Shown here: in pieces, positions 1 through 9,780 of the stretch
Position numbering within the stretch: position 1 is the stretch's first letter
Layout of the letters: the number at the start of each line of letters is the position of its first letter
Sequence record: MH791404.1
Strand: one strand, 5' to 3'
Length of the DNA stretch: 64,000 nt
Position numbers and translations under genes: made by a program
The notes under the pieces: model-generated
The model's database searches: none
What the model saw: only the letters and a program-made list of their open reading frames with translations
What the model was told of the DNA's origin: nothing

Positions 1-228
1 AAGTTCACGAACTTTATAATATAGACTCATTATCTCCAACTCGTTTTTATGACCAATTGGAAGAAAACGAGAAGGGGATAATTGAATTTTAATCCCAGAT
101 AGTTGAACAATGTCACCAGTCATAAGACTTGTGTATTTGTCAACAACATATGTTTNACCTACAACTAAAACACCTTCCATNTCAAGGTTNTTAACACATA
201 CAATCTCTTGATTTTCTTTAAATTTCAT
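1..228 (-). CDS. hypothetical protein, 3' end runs off window
   Basis: ATG at 228, frame open for 76 codons to the edge (MKFKENQEIVCV...). Confidence 0.6.
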   Translation of the reverse strand, partial: MKFKENQEIVCVXNLXMEGVLVVGXTYVVDKYTSLMTGDIVQLSGIKIQLSPSRFLPIGHKNELEIMSLYYKVREL

Positions 229-230
229 GA

Positions 231-410
231 TTACACCTTCACTTTAGACATTGCAAACATAATGGCCGCACGACCAACAGGAGTTTTATCATTGATCTGC
301 TTACCACACCACAAAACTTTAGCATCAAAGGATTCGAAGGTCAATTTCTGATCTTCAATGTGAGTGTTGAAAAACTCAGCAACTGCTTTTTTGAATTCTG
401 CGTTAATCAT
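231..410 (-). CDS. hypothetical protein, 59 aa
   Basis: Read by hand (MINAEFKKAV...KVKV); directly downstream of promoter at 439-467. Confidence 0.7.
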   Translation of the reverse strand: MINAEFKKAVAEFFNTHIEDQKLTFESFDAKVLWCGKQINDKTPVGRAAIMFAMSKVKV

Positions 411-432
411 CTTTTCTCTCCTTTGTTGGTAC

Positions 433-467
433 GGGGGTATAATCTCATACCCCCCAATCTACGTCAA
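433..467 (-). promoter_or_regulatory. early sigma70-like promoter with inverted repeat over -10
   Basis: TTGACG-17-GATTAT; 8-bp IR gggggtat/ataccccc. Confidence 0.75.
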
Positions 468-806
468 CTAGTTTTTATCTGTCATGTCGCGATTAAAACG
501 AAAATCTTGATACAACCGGTCTTTCAGTTCCTCTTGAAGCTGGTCGATCTGGTCTACAAGAGAGAATCGATGTGGAAGGTCACAAGGACTGTTGATAAAA
601 GAATCTACAACCTTTTGTGGGTTTTCCGGATCATCATAATCGATTTCACAATCTACGAATTCATTTGTATCTTTTTTGAATAAATACACAAAACCATCAT
701 AAGTAAACCAACTCAGTTCACCACTACTAATATCTTTGATGTAGAACTCAAAGAATTTGATGTTTCGTACAGTTAATAGACTTGTTACAGTTGAAAACAT
801 TTTCAT
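468..806 (-). CDS. hypothetical protein
   Basis: ORF tiles the minus-strand run; no motif recognised. Confidence 0.75.
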   Translation of the reverse strand: MKMFSTVTSLLTVRNIKFFEFYIKDISSGELSWFTYDGFVYLFKKDTNEFVDCEIDYDDPENPQKVVDSFINSPCDLPHRFSLVDQIDQLQEELKDRLYQDFRFNRDMTDKN

Positions 807-1294
807 TTTATACTCTCTACAAAATTAGCTGGAATTTCTTTGATCTCAAATTCATCATGAATGAACCAAACATCAATACTTTCTACAACACGAATAAAAT
901 CACCGTCATAATAGGTTGCTTCATGAGTGATATTTTTCTTGATAGTTTCTAGGATAGTTACCCAATTAGGAACACCCTCTTCTTCATCAATCACATTGCA
1001 ATCGATATCAAGAAAGCGCTTGAACTGGTTAGCCATATGCGGATTTTCTTCGAGTTTATCAAACAACTCAAAAACTAATGCATCTGTGTAAGGATCATTA
1101 CCATAACCCGGCTCTTTCCAATCATTTGCGCTGTTAAAAAACGGAGCAATAACACGGAAGAAATCGACATCATCGCGAGTCAGACCAGTATGGTAAATGG
1201 TATGGTAATAATCACCGTCGTTTTCCCAACTAGTGATCCCTACAATGTAACCACGGGGGATAACAGTCCCGATTGGGAGTTCTAATTTTTTCAT
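803..1294 (-). CDS. hypothetical protein
   Basis: ORF; start moved to MKKLELP just after upstream stop. Confidence 0.75.
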   Translation of the reverse strand: MKKLELPIGTVIPRGYIVGITSWENDGDYYHTIYHTGLTRDDVDFFRVIAPFFNSANDWKEPGYGNDPYTDALVFELFDKLEENPHMANQFKRFLDIDCNVIDEEEGVPNWVTILETIKKNITHEATYYDGDFIRVVESIDVWFIHDEFEIKEIPANFVESIK

Positions 1295-1295
1295 T

Positions 1296-1541
1296 TTAAA
1301 ATTTCCGATTGTCAATTTTTGCTATTACCATACCGCACATATCTAGGTCTGCTAGGTCGTCGTTAAGGGTTGAACAATCACTATCAATCCAAGTGTCGAT
1401 CTGTTCTTCTTCCACATCAACAACCACACAAACGGTATGGTGAGATTTTACCATCATGTCCATAACTTCAATACGAGTAGGGGTACATTCTGTAATTTCA
1501 ACCACATTCATATCATCATCAAAACCAATAAATACGATCAT
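1296..1541 (-). CDS. hypothetical acidic protein
   Basis: ORF tiles run. Confidence 0.75.
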   Translation of the reverse strand: MIVFIGFDDDMNVVEITECTPTRIEVMDMMVKSHHTVCVVVDVEEEQIDTWIDSDCSTLNDDLADLDMCGMVIAKIDNRKF

Positions 1542-1550
1542 AAAGTTCCC

Positions 1551-2012
1551 TCAATCATTAATTTTTAGATACAAACCATCTTGAAGTAGGTCAAGAACCG
1601 TGTCAACTACTTCGCGCTGTACATCCTCAACAGAACCCCTCAGAAATCCTTTCCAACCATCTTGACCAACCGTACCCATACTGATATCAATTGACCATGT
1701 GTCGTTGTTAAATCGCGTTATAGACACGTTGTGGTTATCCATATGAAAAGGACGATATACGTAGTTCACGTAATACGTTTCTTTTGATGCATCATTGTCT
1801 TTTAACCATTCTGGGTACTTGGAGAAGTGGATTGCAGCACGAACAGATTCCTTATGACACCCCTTCTCAAACTCTTCCTGATCACCCCAAGAATCCATAG
1901 CCGCTTCAATTTCTGATTCAATCATATCATCAACTCGACGCGCTAGGTCAGGGGAGATCTCATCAATTATCCTAACCAGTTCATCCACTTTTAGATTATG
2001 TTGAATATACAT
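1551..2012 (-). CDS. hypothetical protein
   Basis: ORF tiles run. Confidence 0.75.
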   Translation of the reverse strand: MYIQHNLKVDELVRIIDEISPDLARRVDDMIESEIEAAMDSWGDQEEFEKGCHKESVRAAIHFSKYPEWLKDNDASKETYYVNYVYRPFHMDNHNVSITRFNNDTWSIDISMGTVGQDGWKGFLRGSVEDVQREVVDTVLDLLQDGLYLKIND

Positions 2013-2021
2013 ATCAAACCC

Positions 2022-2228
2022 TTATTTTGATGGAGTTCCGAAATCGAATTGCTCATCTTGTTGTTTCTTTTGTTCGTATTTTTTTCCAACACCAACACCA
2101 ATGATAGTGATCACAACGATGATCAGGAACCATTCGATACCATAAGAAGGAACCCAATAATAAATATTGTTCAGAAAGGCGAACAGAAAAGAGGCGAACA
2201 TATGACAGTAACGAATAATGAAATCCAT
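2022..2228 (-). CDS. small membrane protein
   Basis: Hydrophobic segment WFLIIVVITIIGVGVG. Confidence 0.7.
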   Translation of the reverse strand: MDFIIRYCHMFASFLFAFLNNIYYWVPSYGIEWFLIIVVITIIGVGVGKKYEQKKQQDEQFDFGTPSK

Positions 2229-2230
2229 AA

Positions 2231-2458
2231 TTATTCCTCGATTACAAAATATTTTACGTCAGTCCATTCCTCAAAATAAAGAGAGTCGGTAATATCATGT
2301 TCCCATGTGTCATATTCATTTTCATATTCAAAAATACGACCGTTCCCGTCTGCATAAAAAGATTCACCAAACGGGAACGGGGTTTCTTGAAAATTACTAA
2401 TACCAGTAACAACAAAGTAACCTTTTTTCGGAATACCATCAACTTGAACAAGTTTCAT
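2231..2458 (-). CDS. hypothetical protein, MK.v..P..G family
   Basis: GAGGT SD before MKLVQVDGIPKKG; resembles 25436, 32625 C-terminus and 48675. Confidence 0.7.
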   Translation of the reverse strand: MKLVQVDGIPKKGYFVVTGISNFQETPFPFGESFYADGNGRIFEYENEYDTWEHDITDSLYFEEWTDVKYFVIEE

Positions 2459-2465
2459 TTTAACC

Positions 2466-2735
2466 TCAAAATAAGTGTGTAAGGGTTTGAGACTGTTTCG
2501 GTGTCTCGACATAATCAATATACTTTTTGTTTAGGTCTTTGTCAAACACCAAAATCTGCCCATTGATACTATCATGTTGGGAGATCATCGACCTCCCATA
2601 CTTTAACAGAGCCTCGTTGTGATTATCTGTGATAATATCCTGATAGTCAATCCAAAATCCAGTATTTCTATCTTTGAACCTTGAATGTCGATAGTTTGAC
2701 ATTAAGAAAAATCTAAGTTCTTCTTTCGAACACAT
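2466..2735 (-). CDS. hypothetical protein
   Basis: ORF tiles run. Confidence 0.7.
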   Translation of the reverse strand: MCSKEELRFFLMSNYRHSRFKDRNTGFWIDYQDIITDNHNEALLKYGRSMISQHDSINGQILVFDKDLNKKYIDYVETPKQSQTLTHLF

Positions 2736-3361
2736 CAGATGTAATCCTTGACCAATCGACGCATCATACCCTTTGCCTCTTCTAGTTGAGAGTTGAGGAA
2801 AATTACTTTGTTTTCTGCAATCGCTTTCTCTTTGATGATATTATCGATTGTATCTTTGATGTATTCAAACTCTGATGTATTTTTTACTGTGATGGTTTCG
2901 GTTGAAACATTTCTTGGTTTCGTGGACTTCGGTTTTTTAACCTTATCCCCAATATCCTGATTCAAAATAATACTAATATGTGGTTGTTCACCAAATGTTT
3001 CATACATGTACCTAATATCAATCAGATCTAGGAATTTTAAAAATTCTTTACTGTGACCATAGATGGATAGAAACGGGCCATTTATCAAACATTTTGAAAA
3101 ACTAAAAAGTTTTGTATCTATCCCTTTCTTTTTACAAAGATTTTCTATTTTTGTACCAATACCNNNNNNNNNNNNNNNNNNNNNNNNNNNNNNNNNNNNN
3201 NNNNNNNNNNNNNNNNNNNNNNNNNNNNNNNNNNNNNNNNNNNNATAACCATATTCCCCATCATAGCCACGGAGAAGGTATTTTTTGATGAGACGACTAG
3301 TATTCCGTTTCCATCGTGCTTGTTTAGCTGCGTTTCGTAATACTGCTTTTCCACTACTCAT
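2735..3361 (-). CDS. hypothetical basic protein (internal N gap)
   Basis: ORF spans an N run. Confidence 0.65.
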   Translation of the reverse strand: MSSGKAVLRNAAKQARWKRNTSRLIKKYLLRGYDGEYGYXXXXXXXXXXXXXXXXXXXXXXXXXXXGIGTKIENLCKKKGIDTKLFSFSKCLINGPFLSIYGHSKEFLKFLDLIDIRYMYETFGEQPHISIILNQDIGDKVKKPKSTKPRNVSTETITVKNTSEFEYIKDTIDNIIKEKAIAENKVIFLNSQLEEAKGMMRRLVKDYI

Positions 3362-3363
3362 TT

Positions 3364-3963
3364 TTATCCCTCAACAATAGATTCATAACTAAACAAACGA
3401 CCACACGGAACATCTGGTTTTGTTGAGCTAAATTTCAACAGATATCGTTTCCCATTGTACCAAACTTTAATGTCTGTGTAATACAAATCACAGTCTGGTC
3501 GTGGACGTCCATCGTTACTAATAGATCCTTTCTTGATAACAGTCTGTTTCCTACTTAGTTCCTCTACGATACCATACTTGATTGCGATCTCCAACGATTC
3601 ACCCTCTTGGAAAGGGAAAATATCAGTCACTCCAAACGCATCATTATATTCGTGGAAGTAAGCCCACTTGTCACCTTCCTCAAGTTGGTTCTCCATATCA
3701 TCAATATAGAGATATGGGGTATGGGGATATCCTTCTTCGTTAAAGAACTGTTCATCACAGTCGGCCCAATCGATTTCACCGTAAAAGTAATCATCGCGGT
3801 CTTCATCACCGGGCTTACAGGCTACACCAACAATACCCATTTTAAGATGGTCGTTCACAAAGCCAAACGAATAACCACGATCCAAATAACAGATCTCTAA
3901 ACCGGGGATTGGTGGTTCGTCCACCCCAATTTCATAAATGTTAAGAGTTCGCATTATCATCAT
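3364..3963 (-). CDS. hypothetical protein
   Basis: 199-aa ORF tiles run. Confidence 0.75.
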   Translation of the reverse strand: MMIMRTLNIYEIGVDEPPIPGLEICYLDRGYSFGFVNDHLKMGIVGVACKPGDEDRDDYFYGEIDWADCDEQFFNEEGYPHTPYLYIDDMENQLEEGDKWAYFHEYNDAFGVTDIFPFQEGESLEIAIKYGIVEELSRKQTVIKKGSISNDGRPRPDCDLYYTDIKVWYNGKRYLLKFSSTKPDVPCGRLFSYESIVEG

Positions 3964-4402
3964 CCCAATCTTTAATTGCTACATCGAAAGCCAGTTTGTT
4001 ATAACCTGTTTTGTTCCAGTTCTCCTTGACAAATTCTTTTGTCAGTTCTTCCCTAAGACGATTGACAGATGCGATAACAAACTCTTTTCGCGAATATGTC
4101 TCTGGGCTTTCATAAAGAACACCATCGATAAGAGCAACAATATCATACGGTTCATCAGCCTTGAGATTAGTTGCCCAGATTCGGGGTTGGATGTTGACTT
4201 GTGGAGCAGAAACAAACCAATTTTTCCCATCTACATCAATAAACATAGTCCCTGATTGATCTTCAAAGAAATCAGCGGCACCATCGACACCACGATAAAA
4301 ATTGTATTCAGTTTGGTTGCGAATTTGTTCCAGAAGATCAATATGGATGCTTGCATTTTCTTTTGATTTATATTCTTCGTAAACTTCTTTGATAGTCTTC
4401 AT
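3941..4402 (-). CDS. hypothetical protein
   Basis: AAAGGAAA SD; 153 aa. Confidence 0.75.
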   Translation of the reverse strand: MKTIKEVYEEYKSKENASIHIDLLEQIRNQTEYNFYRGVDGAADFFEDQSGTMFIDVDGKNWFVSAPQVNIQPRIWATNLKADEPYDIVALIDGVLYESPETYSRKEFVIASVNRLREELTKEFVKENWNKTGYNKLAFDVAIKDWDDDNANS

Positions 4403-5105
4403 AATATTTCCTTTGTANNNNNNNNNNNNNNNNNNNNNNNNNNNNNNNNNNNNNNNNNNNNNNNNNNNNNNNNNNNNNNNNNNNNNNNNNNNNNNNNNNN
4501 NNNNNNNNNNNNNNNNNNNNNNNNNNNNNNNNNNNNNNNNNNNNNNNNNNNNNNNNNNNNNNNNNNNNNNNNNNNNNNNNNNNNNNNNNNNNNNNNNNNN
4601 NNNNNNNNNNNNNNNNNNNNNNNNNNNNNNNNNNNNNNNNNNNNNNNNNNNNNNNNNNNNNNNNNNNNNNNNNNNNNNNNNNNNNNNNNNNNNNNNNNNN
4701 NNNNNNNNNNNNNNNNNNNNNNNNNNNNNNNNNNNNNNNNNNNNNNNNNNNNNNNNNNNNNNNNNNNNNNNNNNNNNNNNNNNNNNNNNNNNNNNNNNNN
4801 NNNNNNNNNNNNNNNNNNNNNNNNNNNNNNNNNNNNNNNNNNNNNNNNNNNNNNNNNNNNNNNNNNNNNNNNNNNNNNNNNNNNNNNNNNNNNNNNNNNN
4901 NNNNNNNNNNNNNNNNNNNNNNNNNNNNNNNNNNNNNNNNNNNNNNNNNNNNNNNNNNNNNNNNNNNNNNNNNNNNNNNNNNNNNNNNNNNNNNNNNNNN
5001 NNNNNNNNNNNNNNNNNNNNNNNNNNNNNNNNNNNNNNNNNNNNNNNNNNNNNNNNNNNNNNNNNNNNNNNNNNNNNNNNTCATAGTATTTCCTTTGTTA
5101 GGTTG

Positions 5106-5141
5106 CGGGAGTATTGTTACACACTCCCGGTAAGTCGTCAA
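5106..5141 (-). promoter_or_regulatory. early promoter with inverted repeat around -10
   Basis: TTGACG-17-AACAAT; IR cgggagt/actcccg. Confidence 0.65.
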
Positions 5142-5142
5142 C

Positions 5143-5997
5143 TCAATCGTGCATTTTGGGGCGCTGGATTACAGTCTGGTTGACCCCTTTATATTCTTCG
5201 TGAGCCTTGATAGAGAATGACATAACAGCGGTAGAACCCTTGGTTGGGATGGACTTCAAAGACGAACCCATGTATTTGTAAGTCCGACCTTCCGCGTCAA
5301 TCAACACAGCGAGGTAAACATCATAATCACCGTAATATTGAGCTTGTTTAACACACATCTCAAAGGTGGTGGTGAGTTCTACTTTCTTCACTCGGTCACC
5401 AACAGCACCAAAGAATTCATTCAACTGATTTTTCTTGAACTCAAAGTCAGCAATACCGTTTTCAATTGCAGTCTTTTGGGCCTCGGACATGGAGCAGTAA
5501 TGGATACAGGACTCGATGATCTCTTCAATCCATTCGTAACCAGTAGCCAACCCAGCATCGAACAGTTCTTTGTTGGTCTCACGATAAACTTTACGCTTTG
5601 CGTCCCATTCGTCCTGTACGGCCTTCTGAGCCATTTCTTTATCAGTTAGACCACCATTACGCGCTCGTTCCTCTTCGTTGCGTTTGCGAGTTTCTGCGGC
5701 CTTCTGTGCGTTGTTGAAAGCTTTACGCTCGGCCTTGACAGCATCAATCAATGTAGTGTCGTTGGTGTAGTTCACACACTCACAACCAACCACAAATTTC
5801 TGGCCGTCTGCATCGTGGATCATGTAGTTGTAAATGATACCAGTACCACACACATGACAGGAGCCAGCACCATAACCTTGAGGAAGCGCCGCATAGTCCT
5901 GCATGGTAGCAGTATCCTTGTTAGGCATCTTGAACATACCAACACAACGGAACGGAGCCTTACCAACACCTTGAGATTCCCATTTGTTCATAGTCAT
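5143..5997 (-). CDS. Zn-finger plus putative OB-fold protein
   Basis: CHVC...CEC at N-terminus; C-terminal FFGAVGDR...IKAHEEYKGVNQTVIQRPK looks like an OB-fold tail. Confidence 0.55.
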   Translation of the reverse strand: MTMNKWESQGVGKAPFRCVGMFKMPNKDTATMQDYAALPQGYGAGSCHVCGTGIIYNYMIHDADGQKFVVGCECVNYTNDTTLIDAVKAERKAFNNAQKAAETRKRNEEERARNGGLTDKEMAQKAVQDEWDAKRKVYRETNKELFDAGLATGYEWIEEIIESCIHYCSMSEAQKTAIENGIADFEFKKNQLNEFFGAVGDRVKKVELTTTFEMCVKQAQYYGDYDVYLAVLIDAEGRTYKYMGSSLKSIPTKGSTAVMSFSIKAHEEYKGVNQTVIQRPKMHD

Positions 5998-6036
5998 GAT
6001 TTCTTCCTCAATAGTTATGTCCCAATCGACAAAAAG

Positions 6037-6065
6037 AGTATCCCATAAATGGGATACCCCGTCAA
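6037..6065 (-). promoter_or_regulatory. early promoter with spacer palindrome
   Basis: TTGACG-17-GATACT; IR gtatccca/tgggatac. Confidence 0.75.
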
Positions 6066-6458
6066 CTAAATTTCGTCATTCATTTCCAAGTTTTTGAATG
6101 GATTTTGTTTATAAACATCTTTGTCCATATACAGTTCCATCAGGTCATACATGAACTTAGAAATGTTACGGTTTTGTTTACTTTCAAGTGTAGCGCGGTT
6201 ACACAGATTACAACCGGATTGATTACAATAGGAATTCCACTTAGCGAGATACAAATCCTTATAGAACAGATAGATAACTCCATCCACCTTATGAAGAACA
6301 ATGTTTTTCTCTACCCAAATTTCTGCTTCGATGAAGTCCTCAAACACACAATCATTAATACCAAGCTTGGTTAAGACATTATGAAAGCCAGATTGGTCAA
6401 CCAAAACCTCAGACTGTCCACCACTAACAATCTCAATCAGTTCAATTAGTTTCATCAT
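6066..6458 (-). CDS. hypothetical protein (C-x4-C-x2-C)
   Basis: ORF tiles run. Confidence 0.75.
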   Translation of the reverse strand: MMKLIELIEIVSGGQSEVLVDQSGFHNVLTKLGINDCVFEDFIEAEIWVEKNIVLHKVDGVIYLFYKDLYLAKWNSYCNQSGCNLCNRATLESKQNRNISKFMYDLMELYMDKDVYKQNPFKNLEMNDEI

Positions 6459-6464
6459 TACCCC

Positions 6465-6812
6465 TTAGTTGGCATAGTTGTTACGACGGTTCAGTTTCAG
6501 AGCGGTTTTCATTTCAGATTTATTGAAAGAGTAATGAACAGAACCATCCTCATAGGTAGTTTTCTTAACAGTGATTTCCAGCTTGTCACCAGCTTTAGCA
6601 TAGCAACCAAGGCAGTTTGTACCCTTCTGAGAAACAACGTGGTTGTTCATCTCGATACCTTCGGAAGTGGTAACGCTAACACGCTGGCTATCGGAATGCT
6701 TCTTAACGAACTTGGTAACAGTCACAGTATCAACGAAAGAAACTTCGCTAACTTCTTTTTTGCAACCAACCAGAACGAACAAAGCAACCAGAGCAATCAG
6801 TACGTGTTTCAT
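6465..6812 (-). CDS. lipoprotein, paralogue of 8554-8862
   Basis: Signal peptide with lipobox LVGC; CxxC. Confidence 0.8.
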   Translation of the reverse strand: MKHVLIALVALFVLVGCKKEVSEVSFVDTVTVTKFVKKHSDSQRVSVTTSEGIEMNNHVVSQKGTNCLGCYAKAGDKLEITVKKTTYEDGSVHYSFNKSEMKTALKLNRRNNYAN

Positions 6813-6839
6813 AATCTCTTCCTCAGTTAGGTATCTCGT

Positions 6840-6884
6840 TTCGATGTAGATATAATACCATAACCAAAGACCGATGCAAGTACT
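6840..6884 (-). repeat. 45-bp promoter repeat, copy 1 (TTGCAT-16-TATTAT)
   Basis: 43/45 identical to 7334-7378. Confidence 0.9.
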
Positions 6885-7122
6885 AAATCACACAATTTCG
6901 ATAATATGCATCAGAGTTCCATGGTAAAGGATTAATCTCTTTTGGATCAATACCACATTGAGCCATCATCAACTCGTGTGTTTTTCTCTTAAAGCATCGA
7001 CTCTCATTAAGATAACAAGCGTAACCACCATCATAAATTTGAACAACGTGGCGAGTGAATCCATCATCATGAGAATAGATCAGATCCTTCCCATGATTTG
7101 TTTCGCGTACAATTACATTCAT
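6883..7122 (-). CDS. hypothetical protein
   Basis: Start reassigned to MNVIVRE after upstream stop. Confidence 0.7.
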   Translation of the reverse strand: MNVIVRETNHGKDLIYSHDDGFTRHVVQIYDGGYACYLNESRCFKRKTHELMMAQCGIDPKEINPLPWNSDAYYRNCVI

Positions 7123-7123
7123 A

Positions 7124-7318
7124 TCAATCCTTAAAATACCAACATGGATGAGTGTTATCAAAATCGACTGGGGTTTTCCACTCACCGTACACATCATAAC
7201 AAATATTAGAATCTCCCTTGAAGAAACTAATAGAATCACTGGCTGGTGCACCAACATAACGAAGAACGTAAAACTTGGTATTGTTAGGTACGGCTTTGAA
7301 TTCACATTCGATTTTCAT
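7124..7318 (-). CDS. hypothetical protein
   Basis: AAGGAG SD, downstream of promoter repeat. Confidence 0.75.
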   Translation of the reverse strand: MKIECEFKAVPNNTKFYVLRYVGAPASDSISFFKGDSNICYDVYGEWKTPVDFDNTHPCWYFKD

Positions 7319-7333
7319 AATAGTCTCCTTCGC

Positions 7334-7378
7334 TTCGATGTAGGCATAATACCATAACCAAAGACCGATGCAAGTACT
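7334..7378 (-). repeat. 45-bp promoter repeat, copy 2
   Basis: 43/45 identical to 6840-6884. Confidence 0.9.
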
Positions 7379-7612
7379 TTATTCCATCCTCAACGAATCA
7401 AGCATCTCATTAATACGGTCTTTGAATACATATGAACAACCTCTCCAAGCAAAAAACATTTTGCCAGTACAAGGCTCACGAAACAATGGAAAAGAAATCT
7501 TACCCAAGTCAGAGAGCATCTTGTCAGTTGCTTCAATCTGGTCGCCAGCTTTGATACCCTTCGCAAGTTTAAGTAGCGCGTTTATCTCTTTCTGACTATA
7601 TTTTTTCTTCAT
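7379..7612 (-). CDS. hypothetical protein
   Basis: MKKKYSQ... start just below the N gap. Confidence 0.65.
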   Translation of the reverse strand: MKKKYSQKEINALLKLAKGIKAGDQIEATDKMLSDLGKISFPLFREPCTGKMFFAWRGCSYVFKDRINEMLDSLRME

Positions 7613-7959
7613 TAAAACTTTCTCATCTGTTGTGTAANNNNNNNNNNNNNNNNNNNNNNNNNNNNNNNNNNNNNNNNNNNNNNNNNNNNNNNNNNNNNNN
7701 NNNNNNNNNNNNNNNNNNNNNNNNNNNNNNNNNNNNNNNNNNNNNNNNNNNNNNNNNNNNNNNNNNNNNNNNNNNNNNNNNNNNNNNNNNNNNNNNNNNN
7801 NNNNNNNNNNNNNNNNNNNNNNNNNNNNNNNNNNNNNNNNNNNNNNNNNNNNNNNNNNNNNNNNNNNNNNNNNNNNNNNNNNNNNNNNNNNNNNNNNNNN
7901 NNNNNNNNNNNNNNNNNNNNNNNNNNNNNNNNNNNNNNNNNNNNNNNNNNNNNNNNNNA

Positions 7960-8241
7960 TCATACAATTTCCCCTGATTGATATGCATCATAAGCTTTCC
8001 AGCGATCATCATTGTCATCATCCATATAATCAGCAGCAGCAAGAACAACACCCTCAAGAGGCTTATAGTAATCAGAGCTGTTAATCAGTTCCTCAACCTT
8101 ATCCCATGACTCAGCCTTGATGAAGGTAGCCAGTGCACAATGGTTAAGATAGTTAACATAATTGGGAGTAGTGTGCGAACGTTCTACACAAGCACATGCA
8201 TAAGCGTTAGGATACATTTTGATATAGTCAATAACTTTCAT
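7960..8241 (-). CDS. hypothetical protein
   Basis: ORF tiles run. Confidence 0.7.
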   Translation of the reverse strand: MKVIDYIKMYPNAYACACVERSHTTPNYVNYLNHCALATFIKAESWDKVEELINSSDYYKPLEGVVLAAADYMDDDNDDRWKAYDAYQSGEIV

Positions 8242-8242
8242 T

Positions 8243-8557
8243 TTATTCTCCAATAGGTGCCCAAATCAAAACACGGTCATCGCCTTCATCCTCATTCCAA
8301 ACAGCAGAGAAACCATTCTCAACAAACAACGGGATAATGTCATCACGGATAAGGTCATAGAACATAACCCCATCAAGTTCAACATTACAAATACGTTCGA
8401 TATCATAGATACTAAGGTTTGTTTCCAGTTCATCTAGATTCAGCATAGATCCCACCGTCTCGTCATAAATCCCCCGCACAATAGCCTTGCGAAGTTCTAC
8501 ACGAGCTTGTTCTTTCTCACGAACGGCCTTTACCAATTCAGCAGCAGTCATAGTCAT
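8243..8557 (-). CDS. hypothetical protein
   Basis: ORF tiles run. Confidence 0.75.
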   Translation of the reverse strand: MTMTAAELVKAVREKEQARVELRKAIVRGIYDETVGSMLNLDELETNLSIYDIERICNVELDGVMFYDLIRDDIIPLFVENGFSAVWNEDEGDDRVLIWAPIGE

Positions 8558-8862
8558 TTCCTCAAAAATTTTTTAGTCTCATAACGGTTGATACTATAAG
8601 TAACATCACCATCATTCCAAGTTTTCTTGGTAACAGTCACAGAGAACTTATCACCCTTGTAAGCATAACACCCACTACAGCGTTTAGCAACATATTGATT
8701 AATCAAAATACCATCAGATGTTATTACCTTAATCCGCTGTCGCTTATGCCTCTTCACAAACTCAGTAACAACAACAGTATCTCGATAAGTTTCTTGATGA
8801 ACTACTTTGGGAACACAACCAACCAAACCAATCACAGCCAATAAAGCAATGAGATTCTTCAT
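8554..8862 (-). CDS. lipoprotein, paralogue of 6465-6812
   Basis: Lipobox LVGC; DTV.VT.FVK, C.GCYA motifs shared. Confidence 0.8.
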   Translation of the reverse strand: MKNLIALLAVIGLVGCVPKVVHQETYRDTVVVTEFVKRHKRQRIKVITSDGILINQYVAKRCSGCYAYKGDKFSVTVTKKTWNDGDVTYSINRYETKKFLRK

Positions 8863-9135
8863 CTAATCTACCNNNNNNNNNNNNNNNNNNNNNNNNNNNN
8901 NNNNNNNNNNNNNNNNNNNNNNNNNNNNNNNNNNNNNNNNNNNNNNNNNNNNNNNNNNNNNNNNNNNNNNNNNNNNNNNNNNNNNNNNNNNNNNNNNNNN
9001 NNNNNNNNNNNNNNNNNNNNNNNNNNNNNNNNNNNNNNNNNNNNNNNNNNNNNNNNNNNNNNNNNNNNNNNNNNNNNNNNNNNNNNNNNNNNNNNNNNNN
9101 NNNNNNNNNNNNNNNNNNNTAATGAGATTCTTCAT
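8863..9135 (-). CDS. masked gene starting MKNLI, possibly a third lipoprotein paralogue
   Basis: 21-bp start region identical to 8848-8868; body is N. Confidence 0.4.
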   Translation of the reverse strand: MKNLIXXXXXXXXXXXXXXXXXXXXXXXXXXXXXXXXXXXXXXXXXXXXXXXXXXXXXXXXXXXXXXXXXXXXXXXXXXXXXXXXXXXVD

Positions 9136-9495
9136 CTAATCCTTCCAAAAATCTTTCTTACTCTCACGCTCTACACGAACAACAACCATACCATTAACCA
9201 ACGCATTCAGTTTCTTAATAGTATCTTCACGACTCAATTTCTTTCGGCGGATATTGTACAGTTTCCAGTACACAACCCAAGAAAGACATTTATTACATTG
9301 AGATATACCACCAAGACGAACCATTTGACAACTATCAAGAAGAAAGTCATTACGATGAATATGAACACCAAATCCATGATACTTCAACCAATCACGAATA
9401 GAATACCGCTCGTTCTTAAACTTGTTTTCAGTGATATAAGCAAACATCAAGAAACACCACACCAGAGCAACAACAACACCAATAACCCATTCCAT
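9136..9495 (-). CDS. membrane-anchored hypothetical protein
   Basis: N-terminal hydrophobic helix. Confidence 0.75.
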   Translation of the reverse strand: MEWVIGVVVALVWCFLMFAYITENKFKNERYSIRDWLKYHGFGVHIHRNDFLLDSCQMVRLGGISQCNKCLSWVVYWKLYNIRRKKLSREDTIKKLNALVNGMVVVRVERESKKDFWKD

Positions 9496-9498
9496 ATC

Positions 9499-9780
9499 TT
9501 ACTCCACATAGTCAATACAGCACTTCAACACACGAACCAACTCAGCTTCACTAGTCGGGTCTTCAAAGTCAACATTATCATAGCAAAGTTCTTCTGAGAT
9601 AACCACAGAATGAATACCACGAACTAACGCAAAGTCACGCGCTACCTTTTCCAACTCACGGCCTTTGATAACCATCATAGCATTGTTATCAAGATACATA
9701 CCAAATACAGAAGTAATACCATAACCACGGGAGTTCAACAAAGTTTTCATTTCAGCCGCAACTTCACGAATGTTTTTCAT
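9499..9780 (-). CDS. hypothetical protein
   Basis: GAAGGGG SD before MKNIREV. Confidence 0.75.
   Translation of the reverse strand: MKNIREVAAEMKTLLNSRGYGITSVFGMYLDNNAMMVIKGRELEKVARDFALVRGIHSVVISEELCYDNVDFEDPTSEAELVRVLKCCIDYVE

Noticed and set aside
3941-4402. MKTIKEVYEE resembles a capsid-targeting peptide
   Set aside because: Isolated copy in an early-promoter region, acidic protein, no late promoter seen
6840-7378. Direct repeats as transposon or IS ends
   Set aside because: Direct rather than inverted, contain promoter boxes, and no transposase is present
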